Below are positions 11,001 to 19,232 of a stretch of DNA of 64,000 nucleotides, one piece after another. The DNA is from Nitrospirota bacterium. GTDB taxonomy: Bacteria; Nitrospirota; UBA9217. The stretch spans positions 32,001 to 96,000 of the forward strand of contig CAVVUN010000008.1 of NCBI GenBank assembly GCA_963751455.1. Reading direction: 5' to 3'. The notes beneath the pieces were generated by a model that saw only the letters and a program-made list of their open reading frames with translations, was not told where the DNA came from and made no database searches. The position numbers and the translations under genes are program-made. Position 1 is the stretch's first letter. Every line of letters begins with the position of its first letter.

Positions 11001-11039
11001 CTGAACTTCCGGCACGGCTGGTGTGTTCTGCTCATTCAT
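8016..11039 (-). CDS. hsdR: Type I restriction enzyme R subunit
   Basis: RPDIVLLINGIPVVVIEAK nuclease motif, HTQGSGKT, DEAHR, GFTGTP, MLLTGFDAP, QTIARVNR; start moved to ATG 11039 (GAAGGAG RBS, overlaps hsdS stop). Confidence 0.95.
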   Translation of the reverse strand: MNEQNTPAVPEVQRLFNEETTVEREIIEHLQLKSLGWTYRSREQVTALRPDEREVLLLPLLREKLRALNPDILTDDARVDAIITKLRGCRDNAQWLKWLKEGVNHQFDPAETTKDVRLIDYDDLDANAWWVTNQFPVEGNSPRRPDIVLLINGIPVVVIEAKTASRSKPDWREGAQQLGMYSEEINQLFYTNAYGVGVNETRMMYGVPGRRLQFWLQWRDPWPHEIDEFDEMKVSLYGLFDRANMLDFIRHFIVFVTKDGKTEKVVVRYQQYQAVKDIMLRATDLTLPQEKRRGLIWHTQGSGKTLTMIYAARSLWEDPKLKSPTVILLVDREQLGDQMDRELMATGTKNVLVADSKRDLEAKLAGDYRGVILTTVHLFEGMPKNITNKRRNVIVMADEAHRTQERDLGTYMRAAVTGASLFGFTGTPIEKDDHNTPLAWGQKKDDGTIERYMGKPYTITDALRDGVVKPIHWQPRKTDWQLNGAKLDIAFKKEFGPLSVAEQNKLISESSTLDVLLKLPKRVNQIADDAVEHFNEHVRVNGFKAMLVTKNKDTVELYTKALRDRLGSEAVMAVISEAPKDDSAEVKTLYLGEAQRKKLLNEFLIPAKSDQPEHQDKPFRKVEMLVVCDMLLTGFDAPILQALYLDKSLRDHGLLQTIARVNRPYNELKGHGLILDYYGIFDNLNEALNYRPEELGDIAFPFESIREHFRKQFDALWALFPEETVPRDGSHDSYINAMKILRDVESAEKQFDTGYRNLRVLYEALQPDEALRDYVRHYAWLTKLYILYRKKFYPELAMEARAEDAARTRELIREHIDVEELDKEFPSYVLDENFLTKLKDKKPDAKALDIEAMLSAELRIRLDQDENFRTLSEKLQRIIDEKRAGTLAGIALLQELEALTVAVRAAVEEVKRPIAQQLAVKIKGRNIALTETQAVEVAAAILEEADKHCFPGWWNSSTVDPELSRALLLLLATRFSILGLLAGDAMAFISTLLQVLKRRHYKPGDKE

Positions 11040-12294
11040 TAAGCACTCCTTCGGGAATGCGTATCTTGCCGGTGAGCAGGTTTTGAAGGAGGCACTTATT
11101 GACCTCCTGCAACGAGGAAAGTCTTTTTTTGACAGAATCCAACGCCGCATATGCGGCAGCAACGGTAGATACTATTTCGGTTTGTCTTGTCGGTGATGGA
11201 AGAAGTATCGGCAAAGACAGAATGTCCCTGCGCTTTATCTTTACCATACTTCCACTTGTACCACTAGCGCGTGATTTTAGCCAGCGTCTCGCATTGGAGC
11301 TTCGAAGCAATAGCTCTGCGAAAGCTGGCGATACGATGTTGCTATTGACACGAATCCGCATCATTAAATCAGGATAGTAAGCAACTTCGGGCTGCCCAAC
11401 ATATCTTCCCGCTCTGCCAACGAGTTCGGGGGTGTTTGATCGACTAACCAGAATATCATCAATTTCGAGCTTGAATGGCAAAAGCCCATCATCGTCTATT
11501 GGTGCTGGTTTGATACCGTCAGAGTTGAATCTTTCATCGGTCAATGCATCCAGCGACAAGACCCATGCACCGGTTGGATCTTGGGGGCATGCAGGTGAAT
11601 AGCCATTTCGTATTTTTTCCCTGATAATGCTTGCGAACGTCGTGGGTTGCCATCTTTCATCCGTGGACGGAACAAGCAGTGCAGCGGTTAGAGATCGTGT
11701 AAACTCCCGCGTCGCATCCAACTCTGCTTTTGTTTTGGCAATGGCATCACTGGCCAGTTTCAGGGCACTAGCAATGCGACGTTGTTCGTTCTCCTCAGGA
11801 ATACGAATCAATATTTTCTTGATTTCGCGGCGGGAAACCTCGAGAAAAGTTGTTCCGGCTCCGAGTCTAACCAAGGTTGGCCTTATGATTTCGATTAGAT
11901 AAAAGAGATATTCCGCAGAGAAACCAGCTTTTGGAACAAGGGTAGCAAAACCTTGGTTAATGGCCATTGGCACGCGATTGATCTTTGCAGCGCCAATCGT
12001 CGCCCGGCTGGTCATTAGCACTGAATTCTCGGGTACCAGCGTTGACTGCCTCAAACCTGATCGAGAAATATAGCGTTCAGTCGAGACAATTTCATTACCC
12101 TCGGTTCCTGTAATGTCTGTTGGCGTCGCCCATGGTATTTCCTGCGGATGCCAATAGTCAGCGATGTCGGTGTCTGGTGTACCACCACCCAGAACATTCA
12201 CGGCTTTGGCCAAGGTATCAGTTGGCCATTCGCAGCTGTGGAAGAACTGCGACAGAGGCAGTTTGTATATAACGTCTTGCATAGGGTGGCTCAT
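11032..12294 (-). CDS. hsdS: Type I RM specificity subunit
   Basis: Two TRDs (GGGTP...SRATIG...NQGF; DILVSRSN...GRA) each followed by conserved helices (PEENEQRRIA, PSPTRQTEIV...LLQNLLTGK). Confidence 0.92.
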   Translation of the reverse strand: MSHPMQDVIYKLPLSQFFHSCEWPTDTLAKAVNVLGGGTPDTDIADYWHPQEIPWATPTDITGTEGNEIVSTERYISRSGLRQSTLVPENSVLMTSRATIGAAKINRVPMAINQGFATLVPKAGFSAEYLFYLIEIIRPTLVRLGAGTTFLEVSRREIKKILIRIPEENEQRRIASALKLASDAIAKTKAELDATREFTRSLTAALLVPSTDERWQPTTFASIIREKIRNGYSPACPQDPTGAWVLSLDALTDERFNSDGIKPAPIDDDGLLPFKLEIDDILVSRSNTPELVGRAGRYVGQPEVAYYPDLMMRIRVNSNIVSPAFAELLLRSSNARRWLKSRASGTSGSMVKIKRRDILSLPILLPSPTRQTEIVSTVAAAYAALDSVKKRLSSLQEVNKCLLQNLLTGKIRIPEGVLNE

Positions 12295-14474
12295 ACTGAT
12301 GCTCCGATGTTCAACGCTTTCAAAATCTGATCGAGTTTCTCCTTTGCCTCGGCATTGGCTTTTTCTACGATTCGGAGGTTTTTGATTGCCTCATCAAGCG
12401 GCACAACCTTCTCCGGCTCATACGTATCCACGTACCTTGGAAGGTTCAGGTTGAACTCGTTCTCCTCAATCTGGACTTTGTCCACCACGGCAAAGTAACG
12501 GCGCGCTTCGCCCGGGTTAGCAAGAATACGGTTTAGGTCAGTAGCGGCTTCCCTCAAGTGTGTGATTTCACGTTCGGCTGTGCGTTTGACCTCCTGCTCA
12601 CGGCTGTCACGCTCTTCCTGGAGCTTCCTCAACTCCTTCACTGCTCTTGCGACCTGCTTGGTTCGGTCTTTGAGCGCGTCGATAAGTTTTTTTCGGGCGT
12701 CATCGTACGTCTTCTTTGGCTTTGCCAGCTTGGACTTTTGAGCTGTTTTTTTGCTGCGCTCGGCAGCCTGAATTTTCGCCTGCATATTCTCAACGGCGGC
12801 CTTCAACGGGACCAGCGGATGGAAGAACGGATGTTCAGGAGTGATGGCTTCATCCACAGACTTGGCCTTGAAGTCCAGCGCATCGAGGACGGCATGTTCA
12901 GCTTCTAAATCTGTCAGCGGGGCCAGCACCGGGCCGAAGGCATCCTCGATGTCTTTTAGCCGTTCATCACGATGTTCTTCTACCTCGCGGATCAATTGCG
13001 CTTCATGTTCGACAATCAGTTGCTTAGCCAGTTCCAAATCACCGAATGCTCGCCAAGGCACCAGGATACGCATCAGGTCCGATGGTCGCAGCAGGTTTTG
13101 GGGATTACCTTTCTGATAGTGGCGGGACGCCCAGATCATGAGCGTCTTGCCCTTGCGGGCCTTGGGTTTGTTCTTGTTCAGCATTATCAAACAGGCAGGC
13201 ACGCCGTTGCCGTAAAAGAGTTTGGAGGGCAGCACCACGATGCATTCGATAAGATCAGCCTCGATGAAACCGCGCCGGATTATGTATTCCGCATCCGCCT
13301 TCTGGTTCTGTCCGTCTTCCTCTTCCGTCTGCTCGGGCTGGCCCCGGAACAGCACACCCTGGGACATGACCACCATCCCCTTCCCCGCTTCTCCGGTTTT
13401 CGGATTGAGGTCTTTCAGCGAATCCGCGATCTGCTGCAACCATGCCCAGTCACCATTCGAAGCAGGCGGCAGTCCGAAAGAAAATCGTCCAAACTTGTCT
13501 CCGGAGACTACAGTGTCATACCCCCAGTCTTCCAGCGAGAATGGTGGATTCATTATGATTCGGTCGAATTGTTTAATAACATTATTGCGTAAGAGATGGC
13601 GAGGGTCGCGCAGTGAGTCACCCTGCTTGTGGTCCCAAACGGGTACGCCATGCAGGATCATGTTGATGCGCGAGATGTTGTAAGTGGCGACGTTAGATTC
13701 CTGGCCGTGCAGGATCAACTGCCGTACATCTCCGCCATGCTTCTTCACGTAACGGAGGCACTGCAGGAGCAGACCGCCGGAACCATGGGACCAGTCGCAG
13801 ATGCTCATGCCGGGCTTGGGCTCCAGCATCTCGGACATAAGAAAACCCACTTCGGCCGGAGTATAGAACTCACCGCTGGATTTGCCGGCTTTGCTGGCGA
13901 AGTTGCGGATCAGGTATTCATAAGCATTGCCGAACAGGTCGTCCGAGACATGAGCGCGGTCGAACTTCTGGCTGCTGAAATGATTAATGAGGTTTACGAG
14001 TTTATCGCGCGGGAGTTCATCCTGCTTGTTGAAATCAATCTTGCCGGTCAGGATGCCGTCGAAATTATTCTGACGGTGGGCGTTGGCCCGCTCAATGGCA
14101 AGCATGGCATCGTTGAGCGCCTGGCCGAGATGGCCTTTTGCTGTCCGTGCAACAGTATCCCAGGCCGACTTTTCCGGGACAACGAAGTGGTGCAATTCTG
14201 GTTGTCGAGCAAGATACTTGGCTTGTTTTTCAGATATCCCGGCAACGTTCAGTACGGTGGTTTCACGACCCACATCTTCCAAAAAACAGTCGTTGATTCG
14301 TTTATAGAAGAGCAGTGCGAACACATAGCCACGGAATTCCGAGTGATCCGCATTGCCTCGTAGAATATTTGCAGCCGTATCGAGGTAACTCTCGAGTTCG
14401 CTTTGAGTCATGCGCCGTACAGGCCGAACTACAATAGGTTTATCGAGAGTGGATAGTAATTCGTCAAGTTTCAT
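12291..14474 (-). CDS. hsdM: Type I RM N6-adenine methyltransferase with long C-terminal coiled-coil insertion
   Basis: AANILRG, GNAYEYLI, GEFYTP, motif I DWSHGSGG, motif IV NPPF, C-terminal FNLNLPRYVD. Confidence 0.93.
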   Translation of the reverse strand: MKLDELLSTLDKPIVVRPVRRMTQSELESYLDTAANILRGNADHSEFRGYVFALLFYKRINDCFLEDVGRETTVLNVAGISEKQAKYLARQPELHHFVVPEKSAWDTVARTAKGHLGQALNDAMLAIERANAHRQNNFDGILTGKIDFNKQDELPRDKLVNLINHFSSQKFDRAHVSDDLFGNAYEYLIRNFASKAGKSSGEFYTPAEVGFLMSEMLEPKPGMSICDWSHGSGGLLLQCLRYVKKHGGDVRQLILHGQESNVATYNISRINMILHGVPVWDHKQGDSLRDPRHLLRNNVIKQFDRIIMNPPFSLEDWGYDTVVSGDKFGRFSFGLPPASNGDWAWLQQIADSLKDLNPKTGEAGKGMVVMSQGVLFRGQPEQTEEEDGQNQKADAEYIIRRGFIEADLIECIVVLPSKLFYGNGVPACLIMLNKNKPKARKGKTLMIWASRHYQKGNPQNLLRPSDLMRILVPWRAFGDLELAKQLIVEHEAQLIREVEEHRDERLKDIEDAFGPVLAPLTDLEAEHAVLDALDFKAKSVDEAITPEHPFFHPLVPLKAAVENMQAKIQAAERSKKTAQKSKLAKPKKTYDDARKKLIDALKDRTKQVARAVKELRKLQEERDSREQEVKRTAEREITHLREAATDLNRILANPGEARRYFAVVDKVQIEENEFNLNLPRYVDTYEPEKVVPLDEAIKNLRIVEKANAEAKEKLDQILKALNIGASV

Positions 14475-14733
14475 TTATGCTCCAAGGGGGAATTTCTCAG
14501 TGGCCACAGAGATTTTTCTGAGGATAAACAAAGCGGGCTTGAGGACTGAGCAGAACAGCACGACAATAACATAAAACTGCTCTTTAAGTCCAGCATTACA
14601 AATGATTATTCAGGCTTTTGCTCTGTGGAATTGAAGCAGAGGATCAAAGGGTAGGCAGAAAAACGTGGCTCTTCCAGATTTAAGCTTTTCACCAATAATG
14701 ATAATGTTAATTCTGGTTCAATGGAGAGAACTT

Positions 14734-14934
14734 TTATTTCGACACCGCATTGTCGGCTGCAATAAGTCTCTTAGTTTCATTTTCATAGGCGTCCAGCAGC
14801 GCACTTACTCCCAAAATAGCTGTCAACGTGGAAATTGGGCGTCGCTTATCACGAGAAAGCGCTAATGCAATGCGATTCCACTGATCAGTTTCTTCAGTAA
14901 TGTGGACCGTTATCTCACCCGATTTGCTTTCCAT
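14734..14934 (-). CDS. Small hypothetical protein (66 aa)
   Basis: Strong AGAGGAGG RBS upstream of ATG; starts 36 nt after the 295-aa gene on the same strand. Confidence 0.55.
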   Translation of the reverse strand: MESKSGEITVHITEETDQWNRIALALSRDKRRPISTLTAILGVSALLDAYENETKRLIAADNAVSK

Positions 14935-14970
14935 ACAGCGAACCTCCTCTAAAAAAGTATATCATTAAGA

Positions 14971-15858
14971 TCAAGCTTTCGCATTGCCCGACACTGATTT
15001 CCTTGCTATGCAGTAGTTACCCCTCATAAGTTGAATAAAGTTGAACATTTGATCAGCGAATGCACAAAGAATTTGTACTTGAAATCCTTTTTTAAGACGA
15101 TTCCGCGACAATGTGTCTACTGCTAAAAACCCTACGTCCTCCGTCGCTCCATCCTGACCTACCTTATTAGTATCTGCATACCGAACCGGGACTACGATTG
15201 TGCTCTTATAATAATTTATCCAATTAGGCCGCTGATTTCGATACTCTTTGTCTTTTGTTAAATCTGGCGAGTGATAAAATGAAGGCCGACCTGGAACGAA
15301 TTTTAATGAATCATCGAATGCTGAATTTGCTCCAGTTTTTACTTCAAACACTTTTGGATGGTCATCATCTCTGGTAGACTTCATTTCGCTGCGAACATAT
15401 GTTTCGCAGAAATATCTATTGCCATTCTTAGTAAGCAACTTAAATGTAACTACGCAAGGGCGGCGTGTGAGTGTGGAATATATTACTGCTATTCTTTGAC
15501 AAACAGCCTCGAGAACCGTTCTCTCGTTCTGCAATAGAACGGTAGTATCAGAAATTGGATCTCTTTCAGAAAACATCTGGCAGAGTGTATTACGATATAA
15601 ATGATTGATCTCGTGCATCTGATAAAAACATTTTTCTACCGCCTGTTTATCAGAGCGTACACGAAAAGAATAGAGTGCTGTTGCGAAGAAAATTAGAAGA
15701 AGCAAACAGTAGAGGATCTTCTGATAGAGTTCAATTTGGACTCCATGAAGCATTTCGTAAACAATGTATCCGAGTCCAATTATGGATGCAATAGAACCAG
15801 CAAAAGCCACCACGCGGCTATCGAGGATATCATAAATTGACGCAGTTGTTCTTATCAT
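14971..15858 (-). CDS. Hypothetical membrane protein: two N-terminal TM helices and a GAF-like C-terminal domain
   Basis: Two hydrophobic segments in the first ~65 aa; YKSTIVVPV...VGFLAVD...ILCAFAD resembles a GAF C-terminus; AT-rich. Confidence 0.65.
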   Translation of the reverse strand: MIRTTASIYDILDSRVVAFAGSIASIIGLGYIVYEMLHGVQIELYQKILYCLLLLIFFATALYSFRVRSDKQAVEKCFYQMHEINHLYRNTLCQMFSERDPISDTTVLLQNERTVLEAVCQRIAVIYSTLTRRPCVVTFKLLTKNGNRYFCETYVRSEMKSTRDDDHPKVFEVKTGANSAFDDSLKFVPGRPSFYHSPDLTKDKEYRNQRPNWINYYKSTIVVPVRYADTNKVGQDGATEDVGFLAVDTLSRNRLKKGFQVQILCAFADQMFNFIQLMRGNYCIARKSVSGNAKA

Positions 15859-16033
15859 TTTTTCAAGAGTGATGCTGTAACGACTGAAGCGATTGCACGC
15901 GGTTTACACTCGTAGATCGAGAACTTACTATCGTGAAGGGTTAATTGATTATATTGATGTTCAATTTATTGTCAAGGGAAAATACAACGATTCAGAGTTG
16001 AAGTACATCAGAGAAAAAATGGCGAGCGTGTGC

Positions 16034-16180
16034 TTACATCTTCACTTTTTTCACCTTCCTCGTTCCTTCGTACAATTCATACTCCAATAACCTGCACTCG
16101 ATGCCGTTGTTCCAGAACGGAATGCTGCGCTTCGGTTTTATGAGTGCCGGACTGCCGTTAAACATGCCGTGATGCCTTTG
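16034..16180 (-). pseudogene. Orphan 3' fragment of a THUMP RNA methyltransferase gene (second copy of the end of 19233..20399)
   Basis: Translates KPKRSIPFWNNGIECRLLEYELYEGTRKVKKVKM* versus KPKRSIPFWNSGIECRLLEYELYEGTRKVKKVKPDG* in the intact gene; upstream part similar but with deletions. Confidence 0.9.
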
Positions 16181-16252
16181 CTGGCGATCACATTTCGATC
16201 GTATTCTTCTTCTGGTGCTCCGGACAGTTCCGGTTTGCGGTCGGGCTACAAT

Positions 16253-19096
16253 TCAGCTACTGATTGCGCTGCCTCCTCTCCTCTCGCTCATCAACGGATC
16301 GACCAAGGCGCGGTATGCATCTTCCCCTCGCGGCCACAATTTTGCGATGAGGTCCATGCCTGCGTGCCGGTAAATGTCGACCCATTCATCCTTGTACAAA
16401 ACGGAAAGTTTCGGATTCAGAACATACCACCCCTGCCGCTCGCGCCGAAAAAGCTTCCGGCTGTACGGGTTCGTGCTGTCCTCTTCATTTTTCGACAGAA
16501 GCCCTGAGAGGTAGGTCCTCTTTTTACGGTACGCGGGCACGACGCTCTCCGGCAGCAATGCCGTCATCTCGGCAAGCTTGACTGCATTGATGGACGCCAT
16601 GATCGGGTCGCTGAAGCGTCTGTGCAAAAGAGCGAAGATAACGGCAAACAGGAGAAACTCTCCCTGACTGGCGTCAAGCTTTACCAGCCGTTCGTCGACT
16701 TTGAGGCTTACGTGCGACGGCGCGAGCATCTCGTGCACCGAAGCAAACTGTTTCGCGGCGTATTCCGGTTCATGGACAGCGCGTTCCAACGCCCCGAGCC
16801 AGGCCGTAACGCCGTAGCTGTCAACAAGCTCCCCGTCCGCGCCCGCGGCAAGCAGTTCTTTGACTAGAGCAGCGTTTCCGGGCAGCGCCGCCAGCATAAG
16901 CGGCGTCTTGTTGAAAGCCGTGCGAAGATCGATTCCGTATGTCTCGCACTGCCTCAATTTATCCTTATAGAACCTCCCCGTGTAATCCTGATAATTTCTC
17001 TGGATTTGACCTGCGCGCTGCTGGTTGTACAGCTCATAATTTAAAAATAGATGTCCGCTCACATTGTCGAAATACGGCTTCGCCTTATCGAAACCCGATT
17101 GATAGAGCTGTTCGAGAAGCTGGCGCTTGTCGTAGAAGAGAGCGTATTCCAGAAGCGTTTTTTTCGGCTTCTGCGACACTTCTTTCGGGTCTGTTGCGCG
17201 GGTCAGCAGATAGAGGACCCGATCAGCCGTGCATACTTCCCAGGGCACTGGCTGGGTTTTGAGGATGTCGCGCCTGATCTCTTCCGCCTGTTCAAGCCTG
17301 CCCTGAAGTTCGAGTTTTCGCGCTTCCGCCTGCCACTCTTCCCTGCTCGATTGCTTTGCGTCAACATCAACGTCTTCCCGCGCGTCCTTTATCCCGAGTA
17401 AGCCGATCAGCGGATGGTTCAGGTCGCTCTCTATCAGGTACAGCTTCTGAACGGCGCGAGTGATTGCCACGTAGAGAGAGTTCACGAAGAATTTGTAGAC
17501 CTCGAGCGACTTGTCCGTCTTGTCCCGGGGCCTGCGGTACTCAAGGTCGCCGGACAGGTCCTCCTCGCTTACCCCGTCCACGAGCTCCCCGAATAGGGAG
17601 CGCTCCTTCGAGATAAAGTTCACGAGAACCACGTTTTCGTATTCCAGCCCTTTCGCTTCATGGATGCTGAAGAGCAGCGGTGTGTCAAAAAACTCCCGCG
17701 CCGCGGGCTTGTCCTCGTCCCGCATGACCAGGACCGCGAATTTTGTCGAGCGTCTTGTCTTTTTGCCGAGTTCCCGTTTCGCCTTGTCCGTGTCCCGTAC
17801 GAGCACGAGTTCGCCTGCCGCGTCCGAAACGCTTTTCATAAGGTAATTGCTTTCCCGGTCTATGGACCCGAACCGCTTCTGCTTGATCCGGAGCAGCGTG
17901 TTCGCAAGTCCTGTCACTTCCGCCGAATTTCTGAAATTTGACTGGAGCATCCGAGTCACTTCGGCGGCCTGAAGTTCCTCCGCATTGTAAAGCATGGTCT
18001 TGAGGCCGCTCCAGGAAAAGTGATTGGGATGCACGATCTGATTGGAGTCCCCACACAGGATGAAATTCCTAAATTCCTTGAGGCTGTGAAGGATCAGCTG
18101 AAGCTGAACGTTCGTGATGTCCTGCACCTCGTCCACGACGACGAAATCATGAACTTGTTTTATCAGTTGCAGGTATTCGTGGGCCAGAATATTGGGATCG
18201 TAGAGCCCGTTTTCCTTGAGGAAGACGAGATACTTTTCAAAAAGCGTATAGACCAGTTCGCGCTCTTCGGAAAGAAAGATGGACTGCCGGACCCCGAGAG
18301 AGAGATACTCCTCGCGGGAAAGCCAGGGTTTGTCCACAACGGAGCCGGTCAGGACTCCCCTGAACTCCTCATACAGCCTGTGGGCATCCGATACCCGCTG
18401 GTGCTTCGGGATCCGCATGATCCAGCCTGCGAACGCGAGATAGGAGATTTCTTTTCCTTCCGGCACCCTCAGGGTCTCCAGAAATTCGCGAAAGGAAAAA
18501 AAGGAAATTTCCTGGTCTTCATTCTCATAATGATTCGCGTAGTAGAGGTTGCGGGAGTTGTCCGCAAGGTAGCGCGAGAGGGTCACGTACAGAATCCGCC
18601 CCTGTGCCTGCTTCATCTTTTCAAGGGTGAGCGCGGTCTTTCCGCTCCCTGCCGGGCCGATGATGAGCACCGGCGGCAGGCGCTGAAAAGTGTCCTGCTG
18701 GTCCGGATCGAAGGAAATAATTTTATCGAGAAAATGAAAACGGGTAAGGGCAGGGTTGACATACCGGAGAGCGGGCAGTTCTTCGGGTGATTCGGGCGCT
18801 TTATCCAGCGCGGGTATCTTTGCTTCGTCGACGGGGATGCCCCGGAGAAATTTGGATTTCTCGTAGGCGTGCTGATGAACGACCTCCAGGATCAGGGCAT
18901 ATTGTTCACCGCCGAAGGCCATAAGCTTGAACAGCAGCCGGTTCGTGTCGTCGAGCTTCGCCCGGTACAGGCCATGGTCCGCCAGCTTCTTGACGTCGGC
19001 GGAATAGAAATCGCCGTTCTCAAGAAAGGTTCGGACCTTGCCGTACTGCCGCTTTACCTTTGACGTATCGAGGTCGATGTATTCGATTACTTTCAA
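16253..19096 (-). CDS. SF1 (UvrD-like) helicase with N-terminal RelE/ParE-like domain and C-terminal ankyrin repeats
   Basis: GPAGSGKT, VVDEVQD, GDSNQ, NFRNS, SIHEAKGLEY, LYVAITRA; ankyrin TPLMLAALPGNAALVKELLAAGAD; N-terminal DVKKL..HGLYRAKLDDTNRLLF. Confidence 0.85.
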   Translation of the reverse strand: MKVIEYIDLDTSKVKRQYGKVRTFLENGDFYSADVKKLADHGLYRAKLDDTNRLLFKLMAFGGEQYALILEVVHQHAYEKSKFLRGIPVDEAKIPALDKAPESPEELPALRYVNPALTRFHFLDKIISFDPDQQDTFQRLPPVLIIGPAGSGKTALTLEKMKQAQGRILYVTLSRYLADNSRNLYYANHYENEDQEISFFSFREFLETLRVPEGKEISYLAFAGWIMRIPKHQRVSDAHRLYEEFRGVLTGSVVDKPWLSREEYLSLGVRQSIFLSEERELVYTLFEKYLVFLKENGLYDPNILAHEYLQLIKQVHDFVVVDEVQDITNVQLQLILHSLKEFRNFILCGDSNQIVHPNHFSWSGLKTMLYNAEELQAAEVTRMLQSNFRNSAEVTGLANTLLRIKQKRFGSIDRESNYLMKSVSDAAGELVLVRDTDKAKRELGKKTRRSTKFAVLVMRDEDKPAAREFFDTPLLFSIHEAKGLEYENVVLVNFISKERSLFGELVDGVSEEDLSGDLEYRRPRDKTDKSLEVYKFFVNSLYVAITRAVQKLYLIESDLNHPLIGLLGIKDAREDVDVDAKQSSREEWQAEARKLELQGRLEQAEEIRRDILKTQPVPWEVCTADRVLYLLTRATDPKEVSQKPKKTLLEYALFYDKRQLLEQLYQSGFDKAKPYFDNVSGHLFLNYELYNQQRAGQIQRNYQDYTGRFYKDKLRQCETYGIDLRTAFNKTPLMLAALPGNAALVKELLAAGADGELVDSYGVTAWLGALERAVHEPEYAAKQFASVHEMLAPSHVSLKVDERLVKLDASQGEFLLFAVIFALLHRRFSDPIMASINAVKLAEMTALLPESVVPAYRKKRTYLSGLLSKNEEDSTNPYSRKLFRRERQGWYVLNPKLSVLYKDEWVDIYRHAGMDLIAKLWPRGEDAYRALVDPLMSERRGGSAISS

Positions 19097-19232
19097 GACG
19101 CGAGGCCTCGGACAGCGGATTGATGGAAGGCTTTTTTCATCTCAGGTCATAAATCTACTATAGACGGGGAGAAAGAGCAAGGGTTGAGACTCTGGCCGCT
19201 TGTGGGGGGGGGCAGGGCGGGTCGGGATTGGT

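Larger units (their letters stand above)
5548..19096 (-). other. Defence island 1 (type I RM, HipA/HIRAN pair, 2TM-GAF-like pair, RelE-helicase-ankyrin fusion)
   Basis: Nine co-oriented accessory genes between an aminotransferase and a THUMP methylase; several visibly AT-richer blocks; no integrase seen. Confidence 0.8.

Noticed and set aside
11040-11162. N-terminal extension of HsdR in the ORF track
   Set aside because: Overlaps hsdS; a good RBS supports ATG 11039
15893-16090. 65-aa plus-strand ORF
   Set aside because: Runs antisense into the THUMP remnant, TTG start without clear RBS
19093-19140. 15-codon upstream ORF whose TGA overlaps the helicase TTG start
   Set aside because: Could be translational coupling, but such short ORFs arise by chance and the helicase has its own GAGG
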